Source: Eledone cirrhosa
Taxonomy: Eukaryota
Direction: 5' to 3'
NCBI GenBank assembly: GCA_964016885.1
Contig: OZ024740.1
Span: 312,418,001-312,482,000 of the forward strand
Length of the DNA: 64,000 nucleotides
The notes below the pieces were generated by a model. The model made no database searches, was not told the origin of the DNA, and was given only the letters and a program-made list of their open reading frames with translations. Below, one piece after another: positions 1-10,772 of this stretch. Both the position numbers and the translations under genes were made by a program. Positions within the stretch are counted from its first letter, which is position 1. Every line of letters begins with the position of its first letter.

Positions 1-98
1 TTTATAAATTCCTAAATTTATAAATTTATTATAATAAATTTAAGTGAAAGCAACTGGTGCGTGTGTTTCTTATTGGCAACATGACCCTCCCAAAGTAT

Positions 99-302
<204 letters not shown>

Positions 303-504
303 AAGTCAAGGAAACAAGAAATGAACAAACAAGAGGATGCAATAACATGAAGTGTATTAGTTTCATATATATATACACACATATACACATGCATCCGATC
401 ATACATGCATGTATGTGTATGTGTGTTTTTAATATGGTATCCCTGAAATATGTATAATGAAATAAATATGGTTTTATAAATATAGTTTCCATTTGTTTAA
501 TATC

Positions 505-553
<49 letters not shown>

Positions 554-904
554 CACACACAAGTCACCATTAACATCATCATTATTTAGCATCTCTTTTC
601 CCTGCTAGCAAGGGTGGCACAGGTCATCACAGATGAATGTAGTGCTTCATTAGAGCTATTGACCTCACAGATGGTCCTGGAAGGCCCACTCCTCACTTAC
701 ATATGTACGCACACATACACACACATACACACACATACACACACATGCATAAACGCACACATATACATGCACGCACACACGTACTCACACACACACACAC
801 ACACACACATAATGGTAATGGCAACATGAATGGACCTGTTATTTTTCTCTAAAAACATATTTTCCAATTCCTCATCGCCCGTCCCTTCAATCTATCTAAT
901 TTCT

Positions 905-945
905 CATTCTTCTGATGAAGGACTAGCATCCGAAACGTTAAAACC
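905..945 (+). ncRNA. Degenerate minimal hammerhead ribozyme motif (Penelope-type)
   Basis: CTGATGA (912-918), A, GGA-ctagca-TCC stem II, GAAA, palindromic AACGTT then A. Stem I pairs only 2 bp, so it is probably decayed. Confidence 0.45.
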
Positions 946-1149
946 CTCTGCCTGCTATTTCAAGTGTTAACCTAATATATTCCTTCCATATACTGTACCG
1001 ATTGTTTTATTAATTCTGTTTACCTTTTAAATACTTATATATATATATATATATTAAATACTTATATATATATATATAAATATATTGAGGAAATTGTATA
1101 GATTTTATCTAATAATTCTAGGGACAAGATTTATGATATATATATATAT

Positions 1150-1313
1150 ATCGATCCGAGCATGTTACTGGTGCTTTAATTTATCGACCCTGTAAGGATG
1201 ACAGGCAAAGTTAACCTCGGCGGGATTTGAACTCAGACCGCAACTCTATGCTGCAAAGCATAAGGCCAGGAATTTTCCCAGTGCATTACTGGTACTTTAT
1301 TTTATCGACCCCG
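1150..1313 (-). mobile_element. Two fragments of a tRNA-derived SINE with Meta/MESC-like core
   Basis: Minus strand has B-box GAGTTCAAATCCCG followed by TTTGCCTGTCATCCTT..GGGTCGATAAA..AGCACCAGT. The same motif recurs near 5600, 21600, 50300-51290, 55200, 58200 and 62000. Confidence 0.8.
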
Positions 1314-1466
1314 TATATATATATATGATGATGATGATATATATATATATATATACACACCAATCACATTCTTTCTGACTTGACCACTGCCACGTCACAG
1401 TTCTTAACCATTTTGAATTCATTTCTGGCGGGGATCATTTAAGAAAAATCTTTGTCCGAGTGAGTT

Positions 1467-1549
1467 TGTTTCCTGATGAGTTCGAAGATCGAGAATTTAT
1501 CCTTGATAGGATATTTCCGAAAGCGAATGAAACCCTAAGGGTAGAAACG
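1467..1549 (+). ncRNA. Type I hammerhead ribozyme with extended stem II
   Basis: Stem I GTTTC/GAAAC; CTGATGA at 1473-1479; stem II GTTCG/CGAAT enclosing an ATCCT-tgat-AGGAT hairpin; GAAA at 1529; stem III ACCC-taa-GGGT; GUA cleavage triplet. Confidence 0.8.
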
Positions 1550-1840
1550 TAATCCTGGTATGTGTATATGCTTTTTTTCTTCTAACTTTAATTTTATACG
1601 TAATTGTGTATGGTTGACGATATATTTAATTGATTTCCACGTGCTATTGAAATGTTGGGTAAATATTCTATAGCGGTTGACCGCGAATAGATGGGTGTCG
1701 TTTATTTATCTACTATTTCTTAATAGGTGCCTTTTAATCTTATAGCCTGGTTTAATTGGTTTTTTTTTGTGTGGTTGATTATGCTAATTGGGAGAGGAAA
1801 TGGTGTATATATATTATCAAATGATTCTATGGACATACTT

Positions 1841-1892
<52 letters not shown>

Positions 1893-1895
<3 letters not shown>

Positions 1896-2074
1896 AAAAT
1901 GTTCAAGACCCCGACGGAAGAGCTCAAGCTGTTTCGACGGCTATTTCTGGACTGAAATAGCTGTCGAAACGGCTTGAGCTCTGCCGTCGGGGTCTTCAAC
2001 ATTTTTTTACTATCCAAAGTATCGAGTACGCTGGTGCGTTATGGTCCACTTGGTTCCTTACCACACTTCCTTCG

Positions 2075-2076
<2 letters not shown>
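1893..2076 (+). mobile_element. Fold-back element with constant tail, embedded in (TA)n (family copy 1)
   Basis: Inverted arms 1896-1947 and 1954-2005, then tail AGTATCGAGTACGCTGGTGCGTTATGGTCCACTTGGTTCCTTACCACACTTCCTTCGTT. Homologous to 7823-7988, 14243-14452 and 22688-22773. Confidence 0.8.
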
Positions 2077-2106
<30 letters not shown>

Positions 2107-3049
2107 CATGCACACACACACATATATGCATACAATACAGTAAATATTAGCAAAGTGGTGGGAGGGAGCTTTACACTGGCCCTTGTATTGATAAACTTTA
2201 GAAGCTAATTGTTTTTTTATATCTGAATGCTATCTGATGAACTCAGGTCAACAGTTGCATGGAAATCATATCACCTAATCATCAATCACAGAGAAATATA
2301 TATTATAGCTGAATAAATTTATGCACAACTTCATATATCCTTTGCTAATATTTACTGTATTGCTTGTATACTCTGCCTTGACTATCTAAATGAACTTAGA
2401 TTATTACATGTCGTTCAGTGCTTTATTCTATTAGCATCACTGTTAACTGATTAGAATGTGGATTGCACAACTCTAGACAGTTAACACCCAATAAAAATTA
2501 TATATATTCATATGCATCACATGTTCATACCAACACAGTCTCCTCTCCTGCACACTGCATCTTTTCCCTCTTATGCCTAATTTCTGTCGCAGTTCATTTA
2601 TGCTTTGCCGTTCTCATACTCTCGAGTCCCAAATAATAGGAGTGGGGGTGGAGGTTGACATTTGCTTAAATTCTTATAAACGGGGGGGGGGGAGAGGGCA
2701 TCAGTAATTGTATAGTGTATGTTTGTGAATATGGGATTTCTTGTAATGTTCTTTTTTTGTCATATATGTTTTTTTTAATGTAAAATAAAATAATTATTAG
2801 ATTCTCCAGCTGTATCGATATGAATCTCAATAAAATTTTGCCAGAGATAGGTTAGAAAACTTTTCTAAGGGGGAAGTTGGAAAAAAATCTGAAAAATTAA
2901 TGAGCGGTATGGGGGGTATTATTCAAGACCTAAGAGTATATTACTATTGCACATCTATCAAAGCATGGTGGCATCATTTCTTTCCAATCTTTGCAGGTCC
3001 TCTGCATACTGTGCCCAGGTCTCACTACTGTGCAACATTGTTGTTCATA

Positions 3050-3810
3050 TACATGTATCATACAATCTACCTTTCATTTTGAAGGAAAAACATTTTGTAG
3101 TTATCAGTGGTAGTAACTCCCTGAACTTTCTGCAGCCCATTCTCACTCTGGCTACTGTGCTTTTGGAACACCCTCCTCCACTACTAATTTGGTCACTCAA
3201 TTAACAGAAACTATCTACTACTTCTACAGAGCCATAATCATTTCAGACACACTTCTCCCACTAACATCAGGATTTTCCCTGACATACTGTCTTGCGATCC
3301 TGAACACCCCACGCCTTCGATCCTCACGCTGCAAAACATGCTTCAGCTTTTTGTTTTCCTTTTCCCTTCTTGCAAGGTATGCTTGTCACCTAGCTCCTCT
3401 CTTAGCATTCTGGTAGATTTCTCTACCACCTCCATTTTGCAAATCCTTCCAAGCCTGTCTTTTAACCTTAATTGGCTCATCTACCTTACTATTCCACCAC
3501 CAAGTCACTCTCCTTCTCACCAGAGATCTACTCCAACCACAGATTTCATCTGTTGCCATCAGTAGGTTATCTTTCAGGACCTCCCACTACTCTCTATATC
3601 ATATGTCTCTATTTGCTTTTCCTTACTGTCGAAGGTGTCAATCAACATACTTCTAAATTTGTTTCTGGTTGATATGTCTTCTCCTTCAAGTTGTCTTCTG
3701 TTGCTGGGTTCTTCTAGCCCTGACTATAAGGTTGCTAACTACTAAGTTATGCTGGGAGGTGCATTCTTCAATAAGGAGGGACTTTGTGTTACACTATCTT
3801 GTCATTTTTT
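3050..3810 (-). mobile_element. Decayed RTE LINE fragments
   Basis: Homologous to the RTE copies at 8361-10530 and 16760-19845 (GWRKFRELLPLL region, VTWWWN region, QHNLVV end of the endonuclease), with deletions. Confidence 0.8.
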
Positions 3811-4162
3811 CAATTGCCTAGAGTGATTTTCTCAACTATTATTTATAGTGATTGGTTATTATTATAGTCATCTGTAGTGGAACAACTACATATAATCCTT
3901 ATGCCAATGCATACATCTATTATGTGTGTGCATATTTCTCTCTCTCTCTCTCTCTAGTTTATATATATATATATGAACAAGGCAGATAGATATACAAACA
4001 CACACACACACACACATACACCCATACACACACGCACACACACACACATAAGCCAATGGTGTTTCTTTAGCTTATGACATCATAATGGATATGTGACTAA
4101 AAATATGCAAACTAACAGTTTAGAGAACGTCATTTCAAAGCAATCTAGAGAAAGCAACACTT

Positions 4163-4775
4163 CTTTACAGCTCAGAGAAAGTAATCTCTTTATAGTTTAG
4201 TGAAAGATATTTTATAACAGCTCAGTGAAATTTATTTTATAACAGCTCAGAGTAAGTTATTTTATAACAGTTCAGAGTAAGTTATTTTATAACAACTCAG
4301 AGTAAGTTATTTTATATCAGCTCAGAGTAAGTTATTTTATAACAGCTCAGTGAAAGTTATTTTATAACAGCTCAGAGAAAGTTATTTTATAACAGCTCAG
4401 AGTAAGATATTTTATAACAGCTCAGAGTAAGATATTTTATAACAGCTCAGAGTAAGTTATTTTATAACAGCTCAGAGTAAGATATTTTATAACAGCTCAG
4501 AGTAAGTTAATTTATAACAGCTGAGAGTAAGATATTTTATAACAGCTGAGAGTAAGATATTTTATAACATCGCAGAGTAAGTTATCTTATAACAGCTCAG
4601 AGAAAGATATTTTATAATAGCTGTGAAAGTTATCTCTTTACACCTCAGTAAAAGTTATTTTATAACAGCTCAGAGTAAGTTATTTTATAACAGCTCAGAG
4701 TAAGTTATTTTATAACAGCTCAGTGAAAGTTATCTCATATCAATTCAGTTATCTCATAACAACTCAGAGAAAGCT
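4163..4775 (+). repeat. 25-bp minisatellite, about 24 units
   Basis: Unit CTCAGAGTAAGTTATTTTATAACAG with point variants. Inverted paralog at about 43100-43880. Confidence 0.95.
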
Positions 4776-4796
4776 ATTTTCATTTTTCATTTGAAA

Positions 4797-5045
4797 ATGG
4801 ATAGTGAAATTGAAGAAATCAAAATTGAAGAAATTGAAATTGAAGGAAACAAATTTAAAGACATCTTTGGTTTTGCCAGAGTGAATCAGTTAATGAGGCC
4901 AAATGTTGGGTGGAAGGCTCAGTCTGTTCTGAAACGTCTCCGAAGGGCTCTGATTGAAAAGAGAGAGAAGCTTCGTCGCTTCCTTTCTCATTTCACATCA
5001 AGGTCTACTCGTATTGAGACATTGAACAAGTATAAGTTACAATAA
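4797..5045 (+). CDS. Orphan 82-aa ORF (acidic N-terminus, basic C-terminus), function unknown
   Basis: MDSEIEEIKIEE...LKRLRRALIEKREKLRRF; non-repetitive, not TE-like, with an inverted paralog at 42759-43074. No family recognised. Confidence 0.3.
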   Translation: MDSEIEEIKIEEIEIEGNKFKDIFGFARVNQLMRPNVGWKAQSVLKRLRRALIEKREKLRRFLSHFTSRSTRIETLNKYKLQ

Positions 5046-6159
5046 AACACCAATATGTAACTGTGAAGTAATGTCATATCTACAGCTTCATGTTGCAGAA
5101 GACCTGTGTCAGCTTTTAGCCATTTCTTGAGTCAAGACAAAAATTTGTGAAGCTATATTACTTCATTCTCAAATTAAAAAAAAATCTATTAAAATAAAAG
5201 GCTCTAAATCTCACATCAAATTTCAGAGTGGAAGAAATCTTAGACACCATCAATATATGATTTATATATTTGAGGTATTTACAAATATTTTTGATTTCAA
5301 GTTACAGAACAATCACATAAGCATAACAGGAAACTTGTAATCCAACAAATACAAATACCAGAACCAAATACATCTATAGGCATAAATGAAAGACATTTAA
5401 AAGGGGGCAAAAACATTAACTTGTCTCACCTCAGGACCATAACTCCTGATGGAGTCATATGAACGTTGTTGTAACATATAATGCAACTTAAGCACTTTAT
5501 ACCATGACGGGTCACAACCCACTCCAGGTCTGACTACAGCCAATTTAATCATGGAGAAGAGACAGAGACAGAAAACAATAGAGATTAGAATAACTCCAGT
5601 ACTAGATTGGTACTTTATTTGTTAACCCTAAAAGAATGGAAGACAAAGTTGACCTCAACAGAGATTCGAAAATGGGAAGGAATACCACAAAAAATTTGGA
5701 TGTTCTAACAACATTCCATATCTAAGCACAGCCAATTTAACCATGGAGAAGGAGACGGGGGGAGAATAATAGATATGAATAAAAAGAAAAAAAATGATCG
5801 CAGTACAGAATTGGAATGAATAACAAAATATTCTTTCCAACACTCTAACATTTTGTCATCAATAAACATTTGATTTAAATTTAAAATTTAAAGTAGTTTT
5901 TGTCTTTTATGAATCTTTCATTTTTTATATATATATATAAAAATAATTATATATGTATACCTTCTATTCCCTATAGCCTAAATGCGCCACTCCTCTTCCT
6001 CTAATCTGCTCTCCCCACTACACCCATACCCCTGCCCCATCCATGTGCCTAAATGCACCATCCCTGCATTATGTAAAGATACTCACACACACACTTAGTT
6101 ACATTACATGCACAACAAAAACTTTAACACACTGATACATTCACATACACACACACAAA

Positions 6160-6383
6160 TTCTCTATGTCATGTTTTATTGCATAAAACCAAACTCCATT
6201 TCATCTAACCTGATTTTGTCCCTGATCAGTTATGCTATAACCCCTTCAGCAACCCTCACTACCCACTCCATTAACTTGATGCCTCTGTAGTTATTCTCTT
6301 CAATGCATCTTCCTTGCTCTTGCAGCAATTTACAATGATGCTGCTGTGCCATTCACTGGGTATGACACTATCCTACACTACTT
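6160..6383 (-). mobile_element. RTE RT fragment (part of the inverted duplication)
   Basis: Encodes the NCxKxKxDAL..NYRGIKLM..LDEMEFGF region; paralog at 42290-42620. Confidence 0.8.
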
Positions 6384-7390
6384 CCTTCAAAACACAACAG
6401 AACCCTCTGTGTTCAGAGAACATGAGGCCGCCTGTGAGACGTGGGACCAGCTGGGACTTAGCCCAGTAGACGTTCCTCCTCCTTCTCCCCCTGTTGACGT
6501 CAAGTCCCCCCAACGCACTTGGGATGCCATCCAGTGCAGCCTGGCCTCAGACAGACTCAAGCGCCGGCTCGACCAGCACCGCCTTGCTTGTTTTCGTGCG
6601 GCCTCCAAACCCCACAGTGGTGCCTGGCTCCATGCTCTGCCCTCCTTCTCCACTGGCACGCAGCTAGACAACCATAGCCTGCGAATCAGCGTTTCCCTGA
6701 GGCTCGGCCTCCGGATCTGCTAGCCACACCAATGTCGTTGCGGTTCCACCGTGGACTCTTTCGGCCTCCACCCACTTTCCTGTCGCCACAGTGCCGGCCA
6801 CATTCCACGCCATACTGCCCTCAATGAGGTCATTAAGCATGGCTTGGATGCTGCAGGCTTCCCTTCCCAGCTCGAGCCGGTGGGGCTGGACCAAGGGGAC
6901 GGCAAAAGGCCAGATAGCATGACCATCTTCCCGTTCCGCGGTGGCAAACTCCTCGTCTGGGATGCCACTTGCACCGACACTTTCTGCAGCCGCAACCTGG
7001 TGCAGTCTGCGACTGACCCATGTTCTGCTGCACGTCGGGCTGAGGGGGCCAAACTCCTCAAATACCGGTAGCTCTCCGACAGGTTTGCGGTCGTTCCCCT
7101 GGCAGTGGAAACTTCTGGTGTCCTCGGCCCCAGGGCTACCTCCTTACTCACCACCATAGGCGCTGAGCTGGCCAGCCGTAGGTGTGAGCCCCGCGAGTTG
7201 GAGTGGCTTTTCCAACGTATCTCCCTTGCCGATCTCCGGGGAAACGCCTTCTCCATTCTGCCCGCCGGGGCTGTGGGTGGGCCCCATCGCGTACCATTAC
7301 ATTAGTTAAATACCATTCTTACAGATTTGGTTAACTATATGTCTGATTAGTTCATACCCTACCATGCCAAATGCTTTTATAATAACAGTA
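6384..7390 (+). mobile_element. CRE-clade (RLE endonuclease) non-LTR retrotransposon, 3' fragment
   Basis: SGAWLHALP, LRLG, CRCG..GLHPLSC..RH..LN zinc knuckle, EPVGL..DGKRPD..WDATC.DT restriction-like endonuclease, VETSG, RGNA. In-frame stops at 6721 and 7069. Confidence 0.85.
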
Positions 7391-7394
7391 ATAA

Positions 7395-7805
7395 CTAGCA
7401 GAATGGCCCGGCGTTGCTCGGGATTTGCTCTAGGGTTCTTATATATTTGATATATATTTATCCTTATCAAGCCTCGTGAAATAAATATGTTTGTTTATAT
7501 TTTGTTATTGTGATTGCAAAAAATCTGTATACGAAAATGCAACTGGAGTCTTATTTTTAAAAAAAATATATATATTTATATAAATATATATATATTTTTT
7601 TAAATATATATATTTTTTTAAATATATATATTTATATAAATATATATATTTTTTAAAAAATATATATATATTTTTTTAAATATATATATATTTTTTTAAA
7701 TATATATATTTTTTTTAAAATAAGACTGCAGTTGCATTTTCGATTTCATCTTTTTTTCTTTATACTTTCACTCGTGTAGGACACCGGTTATTTTTCATTT
7801 TGTAA
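7395..7805 (-). mobile_element. Non-autonomous Helitron-like element (3' end CTAG with subterminal hairpin)
   Basis: Minus strand reads CCCGAGCAACGCCGGG hairpin then CTAG-T. Body is homologous to 41108-41530. Confidence 0.65.
7532..7742. repeat. Palindromic AT-rich repeat with 26-bp inverted flanks
   Basis: CGAAAATGCAACTGGAGTCTTATTTT ... AAAATAAGACTGCAGTTGCATTTTCG enclosing about 155 bp of self-complementary A/T units. Confidence 0.85.
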
Positions 7806-7822
7806 AATATATATATATATAT

Positions 7823-7988
7823 TACGAAGGAGGTATGGTAAGGAACCAGATGGACCATAACGCACCAGAGTACTCAATACTTAGGGTAGTAGAGTGGGTA
7901 ATAGGAAAATGTTTGACCCCGACTGCAGGTCCAGCAATAGCCGTCGAAATGGCTTGAGCTCTGCCTTTGGGGTCAAACATTTTCCTAT
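7823..7988 (-). mobile_element. Fold-back/(TA)n element, family copy 2 (one arm internally deleted)
   Basis: Reverse-complemented tail at 7823-7900, then ATAGGAAAATGTTTGACCCC...GGGGTCAAACATTTTCCTAT. Confidence 0.8.
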
Positions 7989-7990
7989 AT

Positions 7991-8240
7991 ATCATCATCA
8001 TCATCATCATCGTTTAACGTCCATCTTCCATGCTAGCATGGGTCTGGACGGGAATTGTCCCACTTGAGGCAAGATTGGTTGTCTTGCTCAGGACTGTCTG
8101 GCGGGTTTTCTACGGCTGGATGCCCTTCCTAACACCAACCACGTTTACAGTGTGTACTGGGAGGTTTTTACCGTGTTACCTACACGGCCACTTTACAGCG
8201 TGGACTGTGTGTTTTTTTGTCGTGACACCTACACAACCTC
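7991..8240 (-). mobile_element. RTE-dependent SINE body and tail
   Basis: AGGAAGGGCATCCAGCCGTAGAAA core and CCCATGCTAGCATGGAAGATGGACGTTAAAC(GAT)n tail. Further copies near 10775-11020, 11060-11290, 55820-55990 and 60740-61000. Confidence 0.75.
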
Positions 8241-8360
8241 ATTTGTTTCGAACTGGATGTTGTGGTACCAACATAACTTCACATTTAAGGGGGTGGTATG
8301 GATGGGGTGGGGGTAGTGGGACGTTAGAAGTACCTACTGACTGTAGGTTTTGCTTTGTAC

Positions 8361-10530
8361 TTAGGCAAGGCGGGTCTTCTGTATAACTGTGTAGCGCCAA
8401 ACCTCTCGGTCCAGTGACATTGTCTTCGAGAGGTGTAAGTGTGTGAGGTCGGAATTTATCAAGTCGTCCCAGGTTTTTCTGGGTCTGCCTACTCCGTGGC
8501 TACCGTCTATTTTTATCGCCCTGCACTTTTTTATACAGCTGTCGTCTTTCATGCACATCACGTGACCGTACCAACGTAGTCTTCTCTCGAGTAAACAACA
8601 TCTGATCCCTCTTATTCCTAATTTCTCCCTTAGTTCGTTTATGCTTTGCCGTTCACGTATATTACTATTACACATCCAGCGGAGCATGCAAGCTTCATTT
8701 CTCTCCAGTCTGCGTATATCCTCTGCACACAATGCCCAGGTCTCACTGCCATGTAACATTGCTGTTCGTATGCAGACATCATACAGCCTGCCTTTCATTT
8801 TTAGAGAGAACCCTTTAGCGGCCAATAGTGGTATAAGCTGTCCACTATTTCTATAGAACCATCTGTGCAATGGAATGAATTAGTATTCTGTGGGCACTTG
8901 CTGCTACTTATTGCACCAGAGCACCGGCCACATATAAAATCTATATTCTTAGTTAGCTTACCTGTGATCCCACTACATCTTTTATGTACCCATACTTTGC
9001 ATTTGGGACATAAAATGGAGTTTCTGCCTACTCCTTTCCTACACACTGAGCATGGCCATTTCCCAGATGGGACTGGTGCCCTATTTTCCTACCTACAAAC
9101 TAGAACTTTAGTCTTAGACAAGTTAACTTTAAGGCCTTTTGATTCTAGGCCATGCTTGGAATTTCTTCTCTAGTTCAGCCATTGATTCAGCTATGAGCGT
9201 TAGATCATCTGCATATAGGAGTTCCCATGGCAGCCGGTCTTGAACTCCTCTGTTATAGCCTGAAGGGCAATAATAAATAGTAGGGGGCTAAGGACGGAGC
9301 CCTGATGAACACCAACTTTTACGCTAAACTCTTCACTATATTCGTTGTTAATTCTAACCTTGCTGACTGTTTCTTTATACATGGCTTGTATAGCTCTCAC
9401 AAGCCATTCATCAACACCTAGTTTTCTAAGGGCCCACCAGATAATCGAGCGGAGTACTCTGTCAAAGACTTTCTCCAAGTCAACAAAAGCTAAGTATAGG
9501 GGTTTACTTTTAGCTAGGTACTTCTCCTGTAGTTGTCGTACAATGAAAAGAACGTCTGTTGTACTTTTACCTGACACAAACCCGAACTGCATTTCGTCTA
9601 GATCAATTCGCTCTCTGATTAGTTGCGCTATTACTTTTTCTGTGACCTTCATGACCTGGTCAATTAATTTAATGCCTCTATAGTTTCCCCTATCTAGGGC
9701 ATCACCTTTACCCTTGTAGCAGTTAATGATGATGCTGCTGCGCCAGTCCTTCGGAACGACCCCATTCTGTATGACTTGGTTTACTATTCGGGTGACCATA
9801 GTGTGTCCCACCGTTCCAGATGCTTTCAGCATTTCGGCAACTATTTCCGAAGGCCTGGCCGCCTTGCCCGTCTTCATGTCTTTGATCGCCTTACTTATTA
9901 TACTACCTTCAACTTGCACTGCTGGTCCCTTTATTGGGTCGATGTCGGGGAGACTGTCTTTCTCCCAATTATTCTCCTCATTTAGTAGCCTTTCGTAGTG
10001 ACACTTCCAAGCTACCTTCTTATCGGCGTCAGTGATGGCAAGTACACCATCATCATTAAGGACACACTTCTCCCCGACAATATCACTGTTTTCCTTGACG
10101 CATTGCCTAGCAATCCTGAACACCTCACGTTTTTGGTCCTCGCGTTGTAGAACATGCTTGAACTTTCTTTCCTCTGCTTCCCTTCTTGCGAAGTACACTT
10201 GTCTCCTAGCTTCCCTCCTGGCCACTTGATAGTCTTCTCTACTTCCCCCATCCCGCCATGCTTTCCAAGCCTCTTTTTGGCCTTGATTGACCTCTCCACC
10301 TGACTGTTCCACCACCAAGTTACTCTCCTCCTGCCTATAGGTCTGCTCCAGCCACAGGTTTCATCTGTCGCCTTCAGCAGGTTAGCTTTCAGGAATTCCC
10401 ACTGTTCCTCTATATTGTACGACTCTAATTTCTCTTCCTTACTATCAAAAGCATCAAGTAATATGTTTTTAAATTTATTACTGGCTGTGGGGTCCTTTAA
10501 CTTCCATATTTTTCTCCTGAGGATAATCCT
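8361..10530 (-). mobile_element. RTE-clade LINE, 5'-truncated, frameshifted RT
   Basis: KGKGDALDRGNYRGIKL, QFGF, FVDLEK.FD, GVHQGSVLSPLLF, YADD region, C4HC3 finger, MLHGSETW, RLRWYGHV, GRPRKTW. Confidence 0.93.
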
Positions 10531-10544
10531 CACCATATATATAT

Positions 10545-10725
10545 AGTGGTAGAACACTGGAAGGTAATATCCGTAGTGGTAGAGCACTCAGTCCATGGGA
10601 CGAGTTAGGTAGAAGTGGTTACACAACAGTTAGTTCAACAGTTAGTTCACCATACCGAGAACAATTATTTCACGTTAGGGAGAAGATCCGCATAAGGTGA
10701 AACATTTGTTCTCAGTCTGGTGAAC

Positions 10726-10728
<3 letters not shown>
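10545..10728. mobile_element. (TA)n-embedded tail-plus-hairpin element
   Basis: Nested inverted blocks GTTCACCA/TGGTGAAC, GAGAACAA/TTGTTCTC and TTTCAC/GTGAAA (10646-10725). The tail weakly resembles that of the 7823 family. Confidence 0.5.

Positions 10729-10772
<44 letters not shown>

Noticed and set aside
4163-4775. Regular repeat array resembling CRISPR
   Set aside because: Units are contiguous with no unique spacers, there are no cas genes, and the context is eukaryotic; it is a minisatellite.
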